NCBI GenBank assembly: GCA_964607825.1
Contig: CAZSNA010000007.1
Coordinates: forward strand, 1,636 to 65,635
Length of the DNA stretch: 64,000 nucleotides
DNA from: an uncultured Fibrobacteraceae bacterium
Lineage (GTDB): Bacteria; Krumholzibacteriota; Krumholzibacteriia; LZORAL124-64-63
Direction of reading: 5' to 3'
The notes under the pieces were generated by a model. That model was not told the origin of the DNA, searched no databases, and saw only the letters and a list, made by a program, of their open reading frames with translations. Numbering within the stretch: position 1 is the stretch's first letter; the number at the start of each line of letters is the position of its first letter. Of the stretch, positions 43,473-51,862 are shown one piece after another. The position numbers and the translations under genes were made by a program.

Positions 43473-43976
43473 TCAGACGACTTTCCAGCACTGTCGGTCG
43501 GGCACCAGGTCCTTCGCCATCTCGATCTCGTCGTTGACGGGGATGCCGTAGCTGCCGACCAGGGGCACGCCGGGCTTGAGCTCGCGGATCGCCGCCATGC
43601 CGTCCACACGGACGGCGGAGATGCGGTAGCCCCGGCGCTGGAAGAAGCGCAGGCCGTCGAGGTTGTCGTTGGTGGTGATCAGCCACATGCAGCTGCAGCC
43701 CTCGTCCCGGGCGGCCTGCTCGACGGCCTCGAGCAGGGCCGTGCCCACGCCGCAGTACTGGCAGAGGGCGTCCAGGGTGACCAGTTCGCAGGTGTCGCCG
43801 GTGATCTTGTAGGTGGCCAGGCCGACGCGCTCGCTGCCTTCCATGGCGATGAATCCCGGCAGCTCGGCGGGCTGGTGCACGACGTCGCGGCTGACGACCT
43901 GCTCGCCGCCGAACAGGAGCTCGGTGCGGTCGCGGACCCAGGTGCGGTCGCTCGAAGACAGGGTGCTGACCTGCAT
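43473..43976 (-). CDS. GNAT-family N-acetyltransferase
   Basis: From the ATG at 43976. It has ...QYCGVGTALLEAVEQAARDEGC..., the acetyl-CoA-binding motif A (Q/RxxGxG/A). Confidence 0.7.
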   Translation of the reverse strand: MQVSTLSSSDRTWVRDRTELLFGGEQVVSRDVVHQPAELPGFIAMEGSERVGLATYKITGDTCELVTLDALCQYCGVGTALLEAVEQAARDEGCSCMWLITTNDNLDGLRFFQRRGYRISAVRVDGMAAIRELKPGVPLVGSYGIPVNDEIEMAKDLVPDRQCWKVV

Positions 43977-44090
43977 GTGTTCCCTCGTCGCTGATGTTGA
44001 GCCGAAGGGGCGAACTCCGACGTCGACGCAGGGAAATGTGGTGAGCGATGGGGGCCGGGTCAAGCCCGTCCCCAACGAGCGAAGCGATGT

Positions 44091-44141
44091 AGCCTGAGAG
44101 GTAGGTCGTGGGTGTGGGCCGCGACCTACCTGTCCCAGGCT
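44091..44141 (-). terminator. Imperfect long hairpin immediately 3' of the giant gene's stop codon
   Basis: AGCCTGAGAGGTAGGTCG ... CGACCTACCTGTCCCAGGCT, 14 paired bases around a 13-nt loop. No T-tract. Confidence 0.4.
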
Positions 44142-44144
44142 ATA

Positions 44145-47100
44145 TCACTTCACGAGCGTCATTCTGCGCGTCTCGACCCCGGCCGCCGACCGCACTCTCC
44201 AGAAATACACGCCCGACGCCACCCGCTGCCCCTTCTGGTCGCGGCCGAGCCAGACGGCGCCGTGGCGGCCGGCCGGCAGTTCCGCGTCGACCAGGGTGCG
44301 CACGAGGGAGCCGTCGAGGGCGTAGATGGACAGGGTCGTCCGGCCCGGTTTCGGCAGATCGAAGCGCAGGGTGGTCGAGGGGTTGAACGGGTTCGGGTAG
44401 TTCGGATAGGTGCGGAACGCCATGGGCACGCCCGGCACGACGGGCTCGTCGACCGCCGTGGAGATCTGGTCAACGGCGATGCGCTGGTCGGCCGCCACGT
44501 CCAGCAGCAGGCGGCGCACGCCGGTGGGCCAGCGGATCTCCAGGGAATCGACCGTCGTGGCCGCGCCCAGGCCGAACTCCACCGTCAGCGAGCCCTGGGA
44601 GAGGAAGCCGGAGCCGCCGTCCACCTCGCGCAGGATGACCCGGCCGTCGGCCACCGCGCGCAGGGTGGCGCCGATGGCGGCCGTGTTCGAGCCCATGGCC
44701 GTCAGGTCGACCTGGAGCCAGTGGTTGTCCGTGGAGTCGGCCACGTCGTTGCGGAACAGCTTGTTGTTCAGGCCGGCCATGGTGGCCAGGTAGAGGTCCA
44801 GGTCGCCGTCCTCGTCGAAGTCGGCGCAGGCGACGCCGTTGGTGCTGGCGTCGTCGGAGATGTTCAGGCCGCTGGACGGGGCCACGTTGGTGAAGAGCCA
44901 GCCGTCGGGCTGCTGGCCGTCGGGGCCGTCGTTGCGGAACAGGAAGTTGACGGCCGGGTCGCTCTGGGCGTTCCAGTGGTTGCCCTGGTAGAGGTCCAGG
45001 TCGCCGTCGTTGTCGTAGTCGAACCAGACCACGCCGGCCCCGTACTGGTCGTCGTCCAGGCCGACGTCGTAGAGGGGCGCGATGTCGACGAACTCGATCT
45101 CGCCGCCCTCGGACACGTTGTGGTAGAGGGCGTTGGGACCCAGGTTGCAGACGTAGAGGTCCAGCAGCTCGTCGTTGTCGAAGTCGCCCCACATGACGCC
45201 GGTGCCGCTCTCGGCGTTGTCGAGGCCGAGGGACGGGGCCACGTCGGTCCAGAGCCACTCGCCCGGGTTGAGCTCGTCCTCGCCATCGTTGCGCAGCAGG
45301 CGGTTGGGCTGGTCGTCGTGGTTGGACAGGTACAGGTCCGGGTCGCCGTCGCCGTCGTAGTCGGCCCAGGCGCAGGCCATGGTGTAGCTGTTGTCGCTGA
45401 TGGTGAAGGTGTCGTCCGGGGCCATGGTCGTGAACACGCCGCCGCCGTCGTTCCGGTAGAGGCGGTTCGCGCCGTTGTTGCACAGGTAGAGGTCGGCGTC
45501 GCCGTCCTGGTCGAAGTCGCGCCAGGAGCAGCTGCGGCCGCTGCCCTCGTGGTCCAGGCCCAACGTCGGGGCCACGTCCGTGAAGACGCCGCCGCCGTCG
45601 TTGCGGTAGAGGCGGTTGTAGGCCGGGTACTCCGGGTTCACCTGCATGTTGACCATGTACAGGTCCAGGTCGCCGTCGCCGTCGTAGTCGGCCCAGGCCA
45701 CGCCCTGGCCGTAGTCGTCGTCGGCCAGGATCGGGGTGGTGACGTCGGCGAAGAGCCACGAATCCGGGTCGCCGCCGTCGGGACCGTCGTTGCGGAACAG
45801 GTGGTTGGTCGGGTCGGCGCCGCTCGAATAGGAGACCCGGTTGGTGATGTAGAGGTCGTGGTCGCCGTCGCCGTCCCAGTCGGCCCAGGCGGCGCCGCGG
45901 CCGTTGCCGTCGTCGCCGACGCCGGCGCCGTCGTCGGGCGAGACCAGGATCCAGGGCGAGGCGGTCACCGTCACGCGCTCGTCGTAGCCGGGCGGCGGGA
46001 TCTCGCGGTTGCCCACCGAGTCCTCGGCCACCGTGTAGAAGGCGTAGAGGCCCAGCCCCTCGGGCAGGTCGAAGACGAAGGGGCTGCCGTCGATCGACGT
46101 ATCGAAGAGGGCGAACTCGACCATGTCCTGGTGCTGGTACCAGAGCTCCACCGCGGCCACGCCGCTGACGGTGTCGCCGGCCGTGTAGGCCACCTCGAAG
46201 GGCAGGCCCTGGAACTCGATGACGATGGGCAGGACGATCGACTCGGGCGCCGAGGCGTCCTGGGTGCTGACGACGATGGTCGACGAACGCGAGATGTGCA
46301 GGTCCGCGTCGCGGGCGCGGACGCGGTAGTAGCCGGTGGTGCCGTCGTCGAGTTCCGTGAAGGTGAATGTCGTGTCCGGCTGCCAGGTGCTGAGCGAGAC
46401 GTCGTCCTTGAAGTCCGGCTGCTCGGAACGCTCGACCTGGTAGTCGACGGCGCCGCTGGCCGACTCGTCGCTCCAGGTGATCACGATGGAGTCGCCGGGG
46501 GTGAACGTCGGCGGAACCTGGATGACCGGCGCGTCGGGCCGCGGCTCCACGATGGTCAGGCGCTGGTCCGCCGCCTGGTCGACCAGCGTCTGCACGATGC
46601 CCGAGGGCCAGACAATCTCCACGGTGTCGGCCATGGTGACCGCGCCCAGGCCGAACTCCACGGTCAGGGAGTTCTGGGACACGAAGCCCGAACCGCCGTC
46701 CACCTCGCGGATCATGGTCTCGGTGCCGGTCACGCAGCGCACGCGGGCGCCGACGGCCGCGGTGTTGTAGGACTTCGACACCAGGTCGAGGTGCAGCCAG
46801 TGGTTGGTCGAGGCCGCGGGCACGTCGTTGCGGAAGAGCTCGTTGGGCGAGCCCGTCATGTTGCAGAGGTAGACGTCGAGATCGCCGTCCTGGTCGTAGT
46901 CGGCCCAGGCCGCGGCGGTGGTGTTCTGGCCCGAGCCCACGCCGTAGCCGTAGGGCGAGGCGACGCTGACGAAGCTCCAGCCGCCGGGCGCGCCAAGATC
47001 CTCGCCGTCGTTGCGGAAGAGGTGGTTGGGCACCCAGTCGTCCTGGGGATCGGTCCAGTGGCTGGCCACGTAGAGATCCAGGTCGCGGTCGTTGTCGTAG

Positions 47101-50100
47101 TCGATCCAGGCGCAGCCGGCGTTGTAGGACGTGTCGTCCAGGCCGTCGCCCATCAGGCCCGCCAGCTCCTCGAAGAGTTCGCTGCCCGCCACGCGGTGAT
47201 AGAGGCGGTTGGGCCCCTGGTTGGTGATGTAGAGGTCGAGCCAGCCGTCGCCGTCGTAGTCGCCCCAGGCGCAGCCGAGGCCGGCGGCCGCGTCGTCCAC
47301 GCCCATGGCCGCGGCCACGTTGGTGAAGATCCACTCCCCTTCCTCGGTCGGGTGGCCGCCGTCGTTGCGCAGCAGGGCGTTGGCGCCGCCGTTGTAGTTG
47401 ACGAGGTAGAGATCGGGATCGCCGTCGTTGTCGTAGTCGGCCCAGGCGCAGCCCATGGTGTAGCGGTCGTCGCCGACGCCGGTGCCGTTGGCGGGCGCCA
47501 CGTCGGTGAAGATCCAGTCGCCGGGGGACCAGGGGTCCTCGCCGTCGTTGCGGAAGAGGTGGTTGGGGCCGTCGTTGCAGACGTAGAGGTCCAGGTCGCC
47601 GTCGCCGTCGTAGTCGACCCAGGCCACCGAGCGGCCGCTGCCGGGAGGATCGTCGGTGCCGGTGGCGGGCGCGATGTCGGTGAAGGCGCCGCCGCCGTCG
47701 TTCCGGAACAGGTGGTTCGGGGCGTCGCCGCCCACGGCCATGTTGGACTGGTAGAGGTCCAGGTCGCCGTCGCCGTCGAAGTCGCCCCAGGCGACGCCCT
47801 GCCCGTAGCCGCCGTCGGCCATCAGGCCCGGCGTGACGTCCAGGAACACGTCCCCGCCCTCGTTGTGGTAGAGGTGGTTGGTGGCGTCGGCGCCGGTGAA
47901 CCAGACCGGCCGGTTGGTGATGATGAGGTCGGGGGCCCCGTCGCCGTCGTAGTCGCCCCAGGCGGCGCCGCGGCCGTTGCCGTCGTTGCCGGCGCCGGAG
48001 CCGTCGGTCGGCGCCACGTTGACCCACTCGGGCGCCGTGGTCTCGACGGTGACGTCGGCCGTCAGCGGCGCCAGTTCCTCGTTGCCCAGGAAATCGAAAG
48101 CCACGGAGTAGAAGCCGTACAGGCCCACGCCGTCGGGCACGTCGAAGATCACCTCGTCCTCGGGGCCGACCGAGTCGTAGAGGATCCAGGCGCCGCCCTC
48201 GAAGTTGTACCAGACCTCCACGGTCTCCACGCCGCTGCCTCCGTCGCTCGCGGAGAAGGGCACCGCGAACGGCAGGGCCTCGCGGGGCGTCTCGATGGCC
48301 AGGACCACGGACTCGGGGAAGCCGTCGTCCTGGGTGCTGACCTCGGAGTCGGACCAGCGCGAGACGACGGACTGCGCGTCGCGCGAGCGCACGCGGTAGT
48401 AGAGGGTCTGGCCGTCGGCCAGGCCCGTGACCTCCCAGCTCAGGCCGGCGATCCAGCCGCTGGTGTCGACGAGGGGATCGAAGGCCGTGGTCTCGGCCGC
48501 CTGCAGCTCGTATTCCACGGCGCCGCTGGCGGACTCGTCGCTCCAGGTCACGGTGTTCGCCGTGCCGGCCGTGTAGAGGGGCTCGGCATCCAACGTCGGC
48601 GCCTCGGGTCCGGGCTCGGTGATGGCGATCCACTGGTCCACCGCCAGGCCCGTCAGCTCGGACTGCAGGCCCGAGGGCCAGTCCACGCGCAGGGTGTCGA
48701 CCAGCGCGGCGGCGCCGAGTCCGAACTCGGCGCGCAGCGTGTTCTGGCTGTGGAAGCCCTCGCCGCCGTTCACCTCGCGGATCCGCGTCACGCCCCCGGC
48801 GACGGTGCTCACGCGGGCGCCGATCGCCGAGGCGTTGGAGGACTTGCCCGTCAGCAGCACGTGCAGGAAGCTGTTGCCCGTGGCCTGGTCGTTGCGGATC
48901 AGGGCGTTGGGCACGCCGTTGTTCCAGTTGGCCAGGTACACGTCCAGGTCGCCGTCCAGGTCGTAGTCGGCCCAGCAGGCCGACGCGCCCTCGCCGGTGT
49001 CGTTGGCCAGCAGGGTGTCGGCCACGTCGACGAAGAGCCAGGAGTCGGGGTCGCCGACGTCGAAGCCGTCGTTGCGGTAGAGGCGGCTGTCCTCGGTGAC
49101 CACCTCGTCGTCGAAGTTCACCACGTGCAGGTCGACGTCGCCGTCGTTGTCGTAGTCCACCCAGGCGCAGTGGCGGCCGTTGCCCTCGTCGTCGATGCCG
49201 GCGGCGGCCGCGATGTCCAGGAAGACGCCCGAGTCGTTGCGGTACAGCCGGTTGCCCTCGCCGTACTGGGTGAGATAGAGGTCGAAGTCGCCGTCGTCGT
49301 CGAAGTCGCCCCAGGCGGCGCCGCGGCCGGGACCGGTGTTGTCCAGGCCCGCCGCCGCGGTGGCGTCGACGAACACGCGGATGGGATCGTCGGGATCGCC
49401 CGGGTTGTCGGGATCGTTGCGCAGCAGGGCGTTGGGGCCCTCGTAGTTGACCAGGAAGAGGTCGGAGTCGCCGTCGCCGTCGTAGTCGGCCCAGGCCGCG
49501 GCCTGGGTGTCGTGGGCGCTGCCGGTGGCGGTGGCGACGGTGACGTCGGTGAAGAGCCAGTCGCCGGGCTCGGTGGGATCCTCGCCGTCATTGCGCAGCA
49601 GGTAGTTGCTGACGCTGTCGGTCAGGTAGAGGTCGAGGTCGCCGTCACGGTCGTAGTCGACCCAGGCGCAGCCGTGGGTGGAACGGGTCGAGCCCAGGTC
49701 CAGGCTGTTGGTCACGTCGACGAAGACGCGGTCGGGATCCTCGGGCCAGCCCGGAGTCAGCGGATCGTTGCGGAAGAGATGGTTGGCGCCCTGGGTGTTG
49801 CCCAGGTACAGGTCGAGATCGCCGTCGTTGTCGTAGTCGCCCCAGACGCCGACGCTCGACACCTGGCTGCTGCCGATGCCCGAACCGGCCGGCGCGACGT
49901 TGACGAACACACCGCCCCCGTCGTTGCGCAGGAGACGGTTGGCGCCGTTGTTCGCCACGTAGAGATCGAGATCACCGTCGTTGTCGAAGTCGGCCCAGGT
50001 GACGCCGTGGCTGGGCGTGAGATCGGCCAGCTCGGGCGTCGAAACGTCGGTCCACTGGGCGAAGGCGGTCCCGGTCAGGACCAGGGTGAGCAGCAGCGCA

Positions 50101-50138
50101 CGCGCAACGGCGCGGGCCGCGGTCCGCGACTCGATCAT
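44145..50138 (-). CDS. Giant (1997 aa) secreted FG-GAP/VCBS-repeat plus ASPIC/UnbV (CRTAC1-like) protein, triplicated, with fibronectin-III-like spacers and a T9SS C-terminal domain
   Basis: Signal peptide, then dozens of DYDNDGDLDLY Ca-binding FG-GAP blades. Three ...EVNGGEGFHSQN...EFGLG....D.L.V.WPSG... ASPIC/UnbV modules. The C-terminus reads GVYFWRVRSAAGVETRRMTLVK. The antisense ORF 44112..50339 is low-complexity. Confidence 0.85.
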   Translation of the reverse strand: MIESRTAARAVARALLLTLVLTGTAFAQWTDVSTPELADLTPSHGVTWADFDNDGDLDLYVANNGANRLLRNDGGGVFVNVAPAGSGIGSSQVSSVGVWGDYDNDGDLDLYLGNTQGANHLFRNDPLTPGWPEDPDRVFVDVTNSLDLGSTRSTHGCAWVDYDRDGDLDLYLTDSVSNYLLRNDGEDPTEPGDWLFTDVTVATATGSAHDTQAAAWADYDGDGDSDLFLVNYEGPNALLRNDPDNPGDPDDPIRVFVDATAAAGLDNTGPGRGAAWGDFDDDGDFDLYLTQYGEGNRLYRNDSGVFLDIAAAAGIDDEGNGRHCAWVDYDNDGDVDLHVVNFDDEVVTEDSRLYRNDGFDVGDPDSWLFVDVADTLLANDTGEGASACWADYDLDGDLDVYLANWNNGVPNALIRNDQATGNSFLHVLLTGKSSNASAIGARVSTVAGGVTRIREVNGGEGFHSQNTLRAEFGLGAAALVDTLRVDWPSGLQSELTGLAVDQWIAITEPGPEAPTLDAEPLYTAGTANTVTWSDESASGAVEYELQAAETTAFDPLVDTSGWIAGLSWEVTGLADGQTLYYRVRSRDAQSVVSRWSDSEVSTQDDGFPESVVLAIETPREALPFAVPFSASDGGSGVETVEVWYNFEGGAWILYDSVGPEDEVIFDVPDGVGLYGFYSVAFDFLGNEELAPLTADVTVETTAPEWVNVAPTDGSGAGNDGNGRGAAWGDYDGDGAPDLIITNRPVWFTGADATNHLYHNEGGDVFLDVTPGLMADGGYGQGVAWGDFDGDGDLDLYQSNMAVGGDAPNHLFRNDGGGAFTDIAPATGTDDPPGSGRSVAWVDYDGDGDLDLYVCNDGPNHLFRNDGEDPWSPGDWIFTDVAPANGTGVGDDRYTMGCAWADYDNDGDPDLYLVNYNGGANALLRNDGGHPTEEGEWIFTNVAAAMGVDDAAAGLGCAWGDYDGDGWLDLYITNQGPNRLYHRVAGSELFEELAGLMGDGLDDTSYNAGCAWIDYDNDRDLDLYVASHWTDPQDDWVPNHLFRNDGEDLGAPGGWSFVSVASPYGYGVGSGQNTTAAAWADYDQDGDLDVYLCNMTGSPNELFRNDVPAASTNHWLHLDLVSKSYNTAAVGARVRCVTGTETMIREVDGGSGFVSQNSLTVEFGLGAVTMADTVEIVWPSGIVQTLVDQAADQRLTIVEPRPDAPVIQVPPTFTPGDSIVITWSDESASGAVDYQVERSEQPDFKDDVSLSTWQPDTTFTFTELDDGTTGYYRVRARDADLHISRSSTIVVSTQDASAPESIVLPIVIEFQGLPFEVAYTAGDTVSGVAAVELWYQHQDMVEFALFDTSIDGSPFVFDLPEGLGLYAFYTVAEDSVGNREIPPPGYDERVTVTASPWILVSPDDGAGVGDDGNGRGAAWADWDGDGDHDLYITNRVSYSSGADPTNHLFRNDGPDGGDPDSWLFADVTTPILADDDYGQGVAWADYDGDGDLDLYMVNMQVNPEYPAYNRLYRNDGGGVFTDVAPTLGLDHEGSGRSCSWRDFDQDGDADLYLCNNGANRLYRNDGGGVFTTMAPDDTFTISDNSYTMACAWADYDGDGDPDLYLSNHDDQPNRLLRNDGEDELNPGEWLWTDVAPSLGLDNAESGTGVMWGDFDNDELLDLYVCNLGPNALYHNVSEGGEIEFVDIAPLYDVGLDDDQYGAGVVWFDYDNDGDLDLYQGNHWNAQSDPAVNFLFRNDGPDGQQPDGWLFTNVAPSSGLNISDDASTNGVACADFDEDGDLDLYLATMAGLNNKLFRNDVADSTDNHWLQVDLTAMGSNTAAIGATLRAVADGRVILREVDGGSGFLSQGSLTVEFGLGAATTVDSLEIRWPTGVRRLLLDVAADQRIAVDQISTAVDEPVVPGVPMAFRTYPNYPNPFNPSTTLRFDLPKPGRTTLSIYALDGSLVRTLVDAELPAGRHGAVWLGRDQKGQRVASGVYFWRVRSAAGVETRRMTLVK

Positions 50139-50227
50139 CTCCGTATCCTTTCCTCACAACACGCACTCGGACGACCACTTGGGCCGCCTATACGTGTTAT
50201 CGGCATCTGGGGCAATATGTTAAGCCA

Positions 50228-50252
50228 AATTTTGATATTTTTGATCAAAATT
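50228..50252. promoter_or_regulatory. AT-rich inverted repeat AATTTTGAT-N7-ATCAAAATT, containing the palindrome TTTTGATCAAAA, about 100 bp upstream of the giant FG-GAP gene
   Basis: It is visible in an AT-rich patch that stands out against the 70% GC background. Confidence 0.4.
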
Positions 50253-50398
50253 AGCGACTCGGCTCAACACCCGGACCCCCGGAGTGGGTCTCCATTCCCA
50301 TGGGCGCCGACAGGCGCCCCGGCACGGAACGGTACGTAGAACATAGATACATCAGAAACAGCGAAATATCTGCATCAAAATGGCGCTGAGGCGAGAAT

Positions 50399-51850
50399 TC
50401 ACCTGAAGTCGCCCACGGCGAACGGACGTCCCAGATACGTCCGCGCATAGACGACCGCTCCCCTGTAGTCGTTGTCCAGCTCGACGACCTCGGCGTACTG
50501 GGCCAACGCCATCTCGCGACGACCCATCAGGTCGTAGCAGTTGCCCAGGTAGTTGTGGGTCCAGATGACGCTCTCGAGCTTCTCCATGCGACCCCAGGCG
50601 TGGCCGCGCAGGGCGCGGTTGAAGCAGGCCTCCGCGGCGTCGTACTCGCCCTTGCGCAGTCTGACCAGTCCCAGGTTCATCCAGCTCGTGACGCCGTCGG
50701 GATCGTTCTGCTGCATCTGCAGGCAGCCCTGCTCGGCCACGTCGTAGAGCCCCTTGTTGAGGAAGCGCGAGACCAGTTTCTGGTGCGCCATGTCGTGGGC
50801 CTCGTCGTCCGAGAGCACGGGTCCGTAGCTGATGAAGCCGCCGGGCACGTACTCGTCGCCCAGGCCCTGGATGATCACGCCGGTCGGTTCGGCCAGATCG
50901 CCCCCGGGCTCGAGGATCGAGAAGTAGCGCGAACCGAGGCCCTCGGGCGACTCCAGATCCAGGTCGCTGCCGACGGCCAGCGCGATCTGGGAGGGAGACG
51001 CGTTGCCGCAGAGCCAGCCCGGATCGTCGTGGGGGATGTCCTTCTCGCGGGCGAAGAGACGGGCTTCCGCCGGGGAGAAGTAGGAGTGCCCGGGCAGCAG
51101 GACCTGGGCCGAGGCGATGTCCACCGGCAGCCAGCCGTAGGGCGGCAGCAGGAACTCGGCGCGACGGTGGCGTCCGCCCGAGAGCCAGTAGGTGGTGACG
51201 GTGCGGGCGGGGATGCCCAGCGAACGGCACATGGCCGTGAAGAGGCGGCTGAACTGGCCGCAGTCGCCCTGCCGGCTCTGCAGGGTGCCGAGCGTCCCCT
51301 GGCCCTCGATCCCGCCGGGCACGAATTCCAGGTGCTCGACCATCCAGTCGAAGAGGCGACGGGCCTGGTGCCAGGGCGTGCCGTCGGTCCCCGCGATGCG
51401 GCGGGCCACCGCCGCGATCTCGCCGTCGGTGGGGATCAGTTCGCTCGCGGCCGTGTGGTGGCGATAGACCGCCGACTCCGTGTCGTAGGGCTGGATGGCG
51501 TCGGGGTCGACCTCGAACTCCACCCGCGAGAGGGTCGCGTTGAAGTCGCAGTGCACCAGCAGGATCTTGTCGCCCGTCTGCGGCGCCAGGTCCCAGTAGG
51601 CGATCTGGCCGCCGGTGACCTCGTCCACGAGGATCTCGGTGGGCCGGGGGCTGACGTTGCGGATGCGCACATCCTGGCCGGGCCGGTCCCCGGGCAGGGA
51701 CATCCACAGGCGCACGCGGGCGTCCTCGTCCACCTGGGTGATGTGGTCCACCACGTACCAGTAGCTGCCGGTCAGTTCGACGACGTCGGACGCGGGCGCG
51801 AGCGCCGGCGCGACGATCAGCAGGATGGCGATCAACAGGAACCTGCGCAT
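50399..51850 (-). CDS. Secreted transglutaminase-like cysteine-peptidase-domain protein with C-terminal TPR repeats
   Basis: Signal peptide, then QGDCGQFSRLFTAMCRSLGIPARTVTTYW...GWLPVD, a transglutaminase-core Cys-His-Asp arrangement. Confidence 0.75.
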   Translation of the reverse strand: MRRFLLIAILLIVAPALAPASDVVELTGSYWYVVDHITQVDEDARVRLWMSLPGDRPGQDVRIRNVSPRPTEILVDEVTGGQIAYWDLAPQTGDKILLVHCDFNATLSRVEFEVDPDAIQPYDTESAVYRHHTAASELIPTDGEIAAVARRIAGTDGTPWHQARRLFDWMVEHLEFVPGGIEGQGTLGTLQSRQGDCGQFSRLFTAMCRSLGIPARTVTTYWLSGGRHRRAEFLLPPYGWLPVDIASAQVLLPGHSYFSPAEARLFAREKDIPHDDPGWLCGNASPSQIALAVGSDLDLESPEGLGSRYFSILEPGGDLAEPTGVIIQGLGDEYVPGGFISYGPVLSDDEAHDMAHQKLVSRFLNKGLYDVAEQGCLQMQQNDPDGVTSWMNLGLVRLRKGEYDAAEACFNRALRGHAWGRMEKLESVIWTHNYLGNCYDLMGRREMALAQYAEVVELDNDYRGAVVYARTYLGRPFAVGDFR

Positions 51851-51862
51851 TGACGTTTCCTC

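Noticed and set aside
44112-50339. 2075-aa + strand ORF antisense to the giant FG-GAP gene
   Set aside because: Its translation is low-complexity (V/G/A/D runs) with no domain signal. The minus-strand frame has clear FG-GAP/ASPIC repeats, a signal peptide and a T9SS tail.
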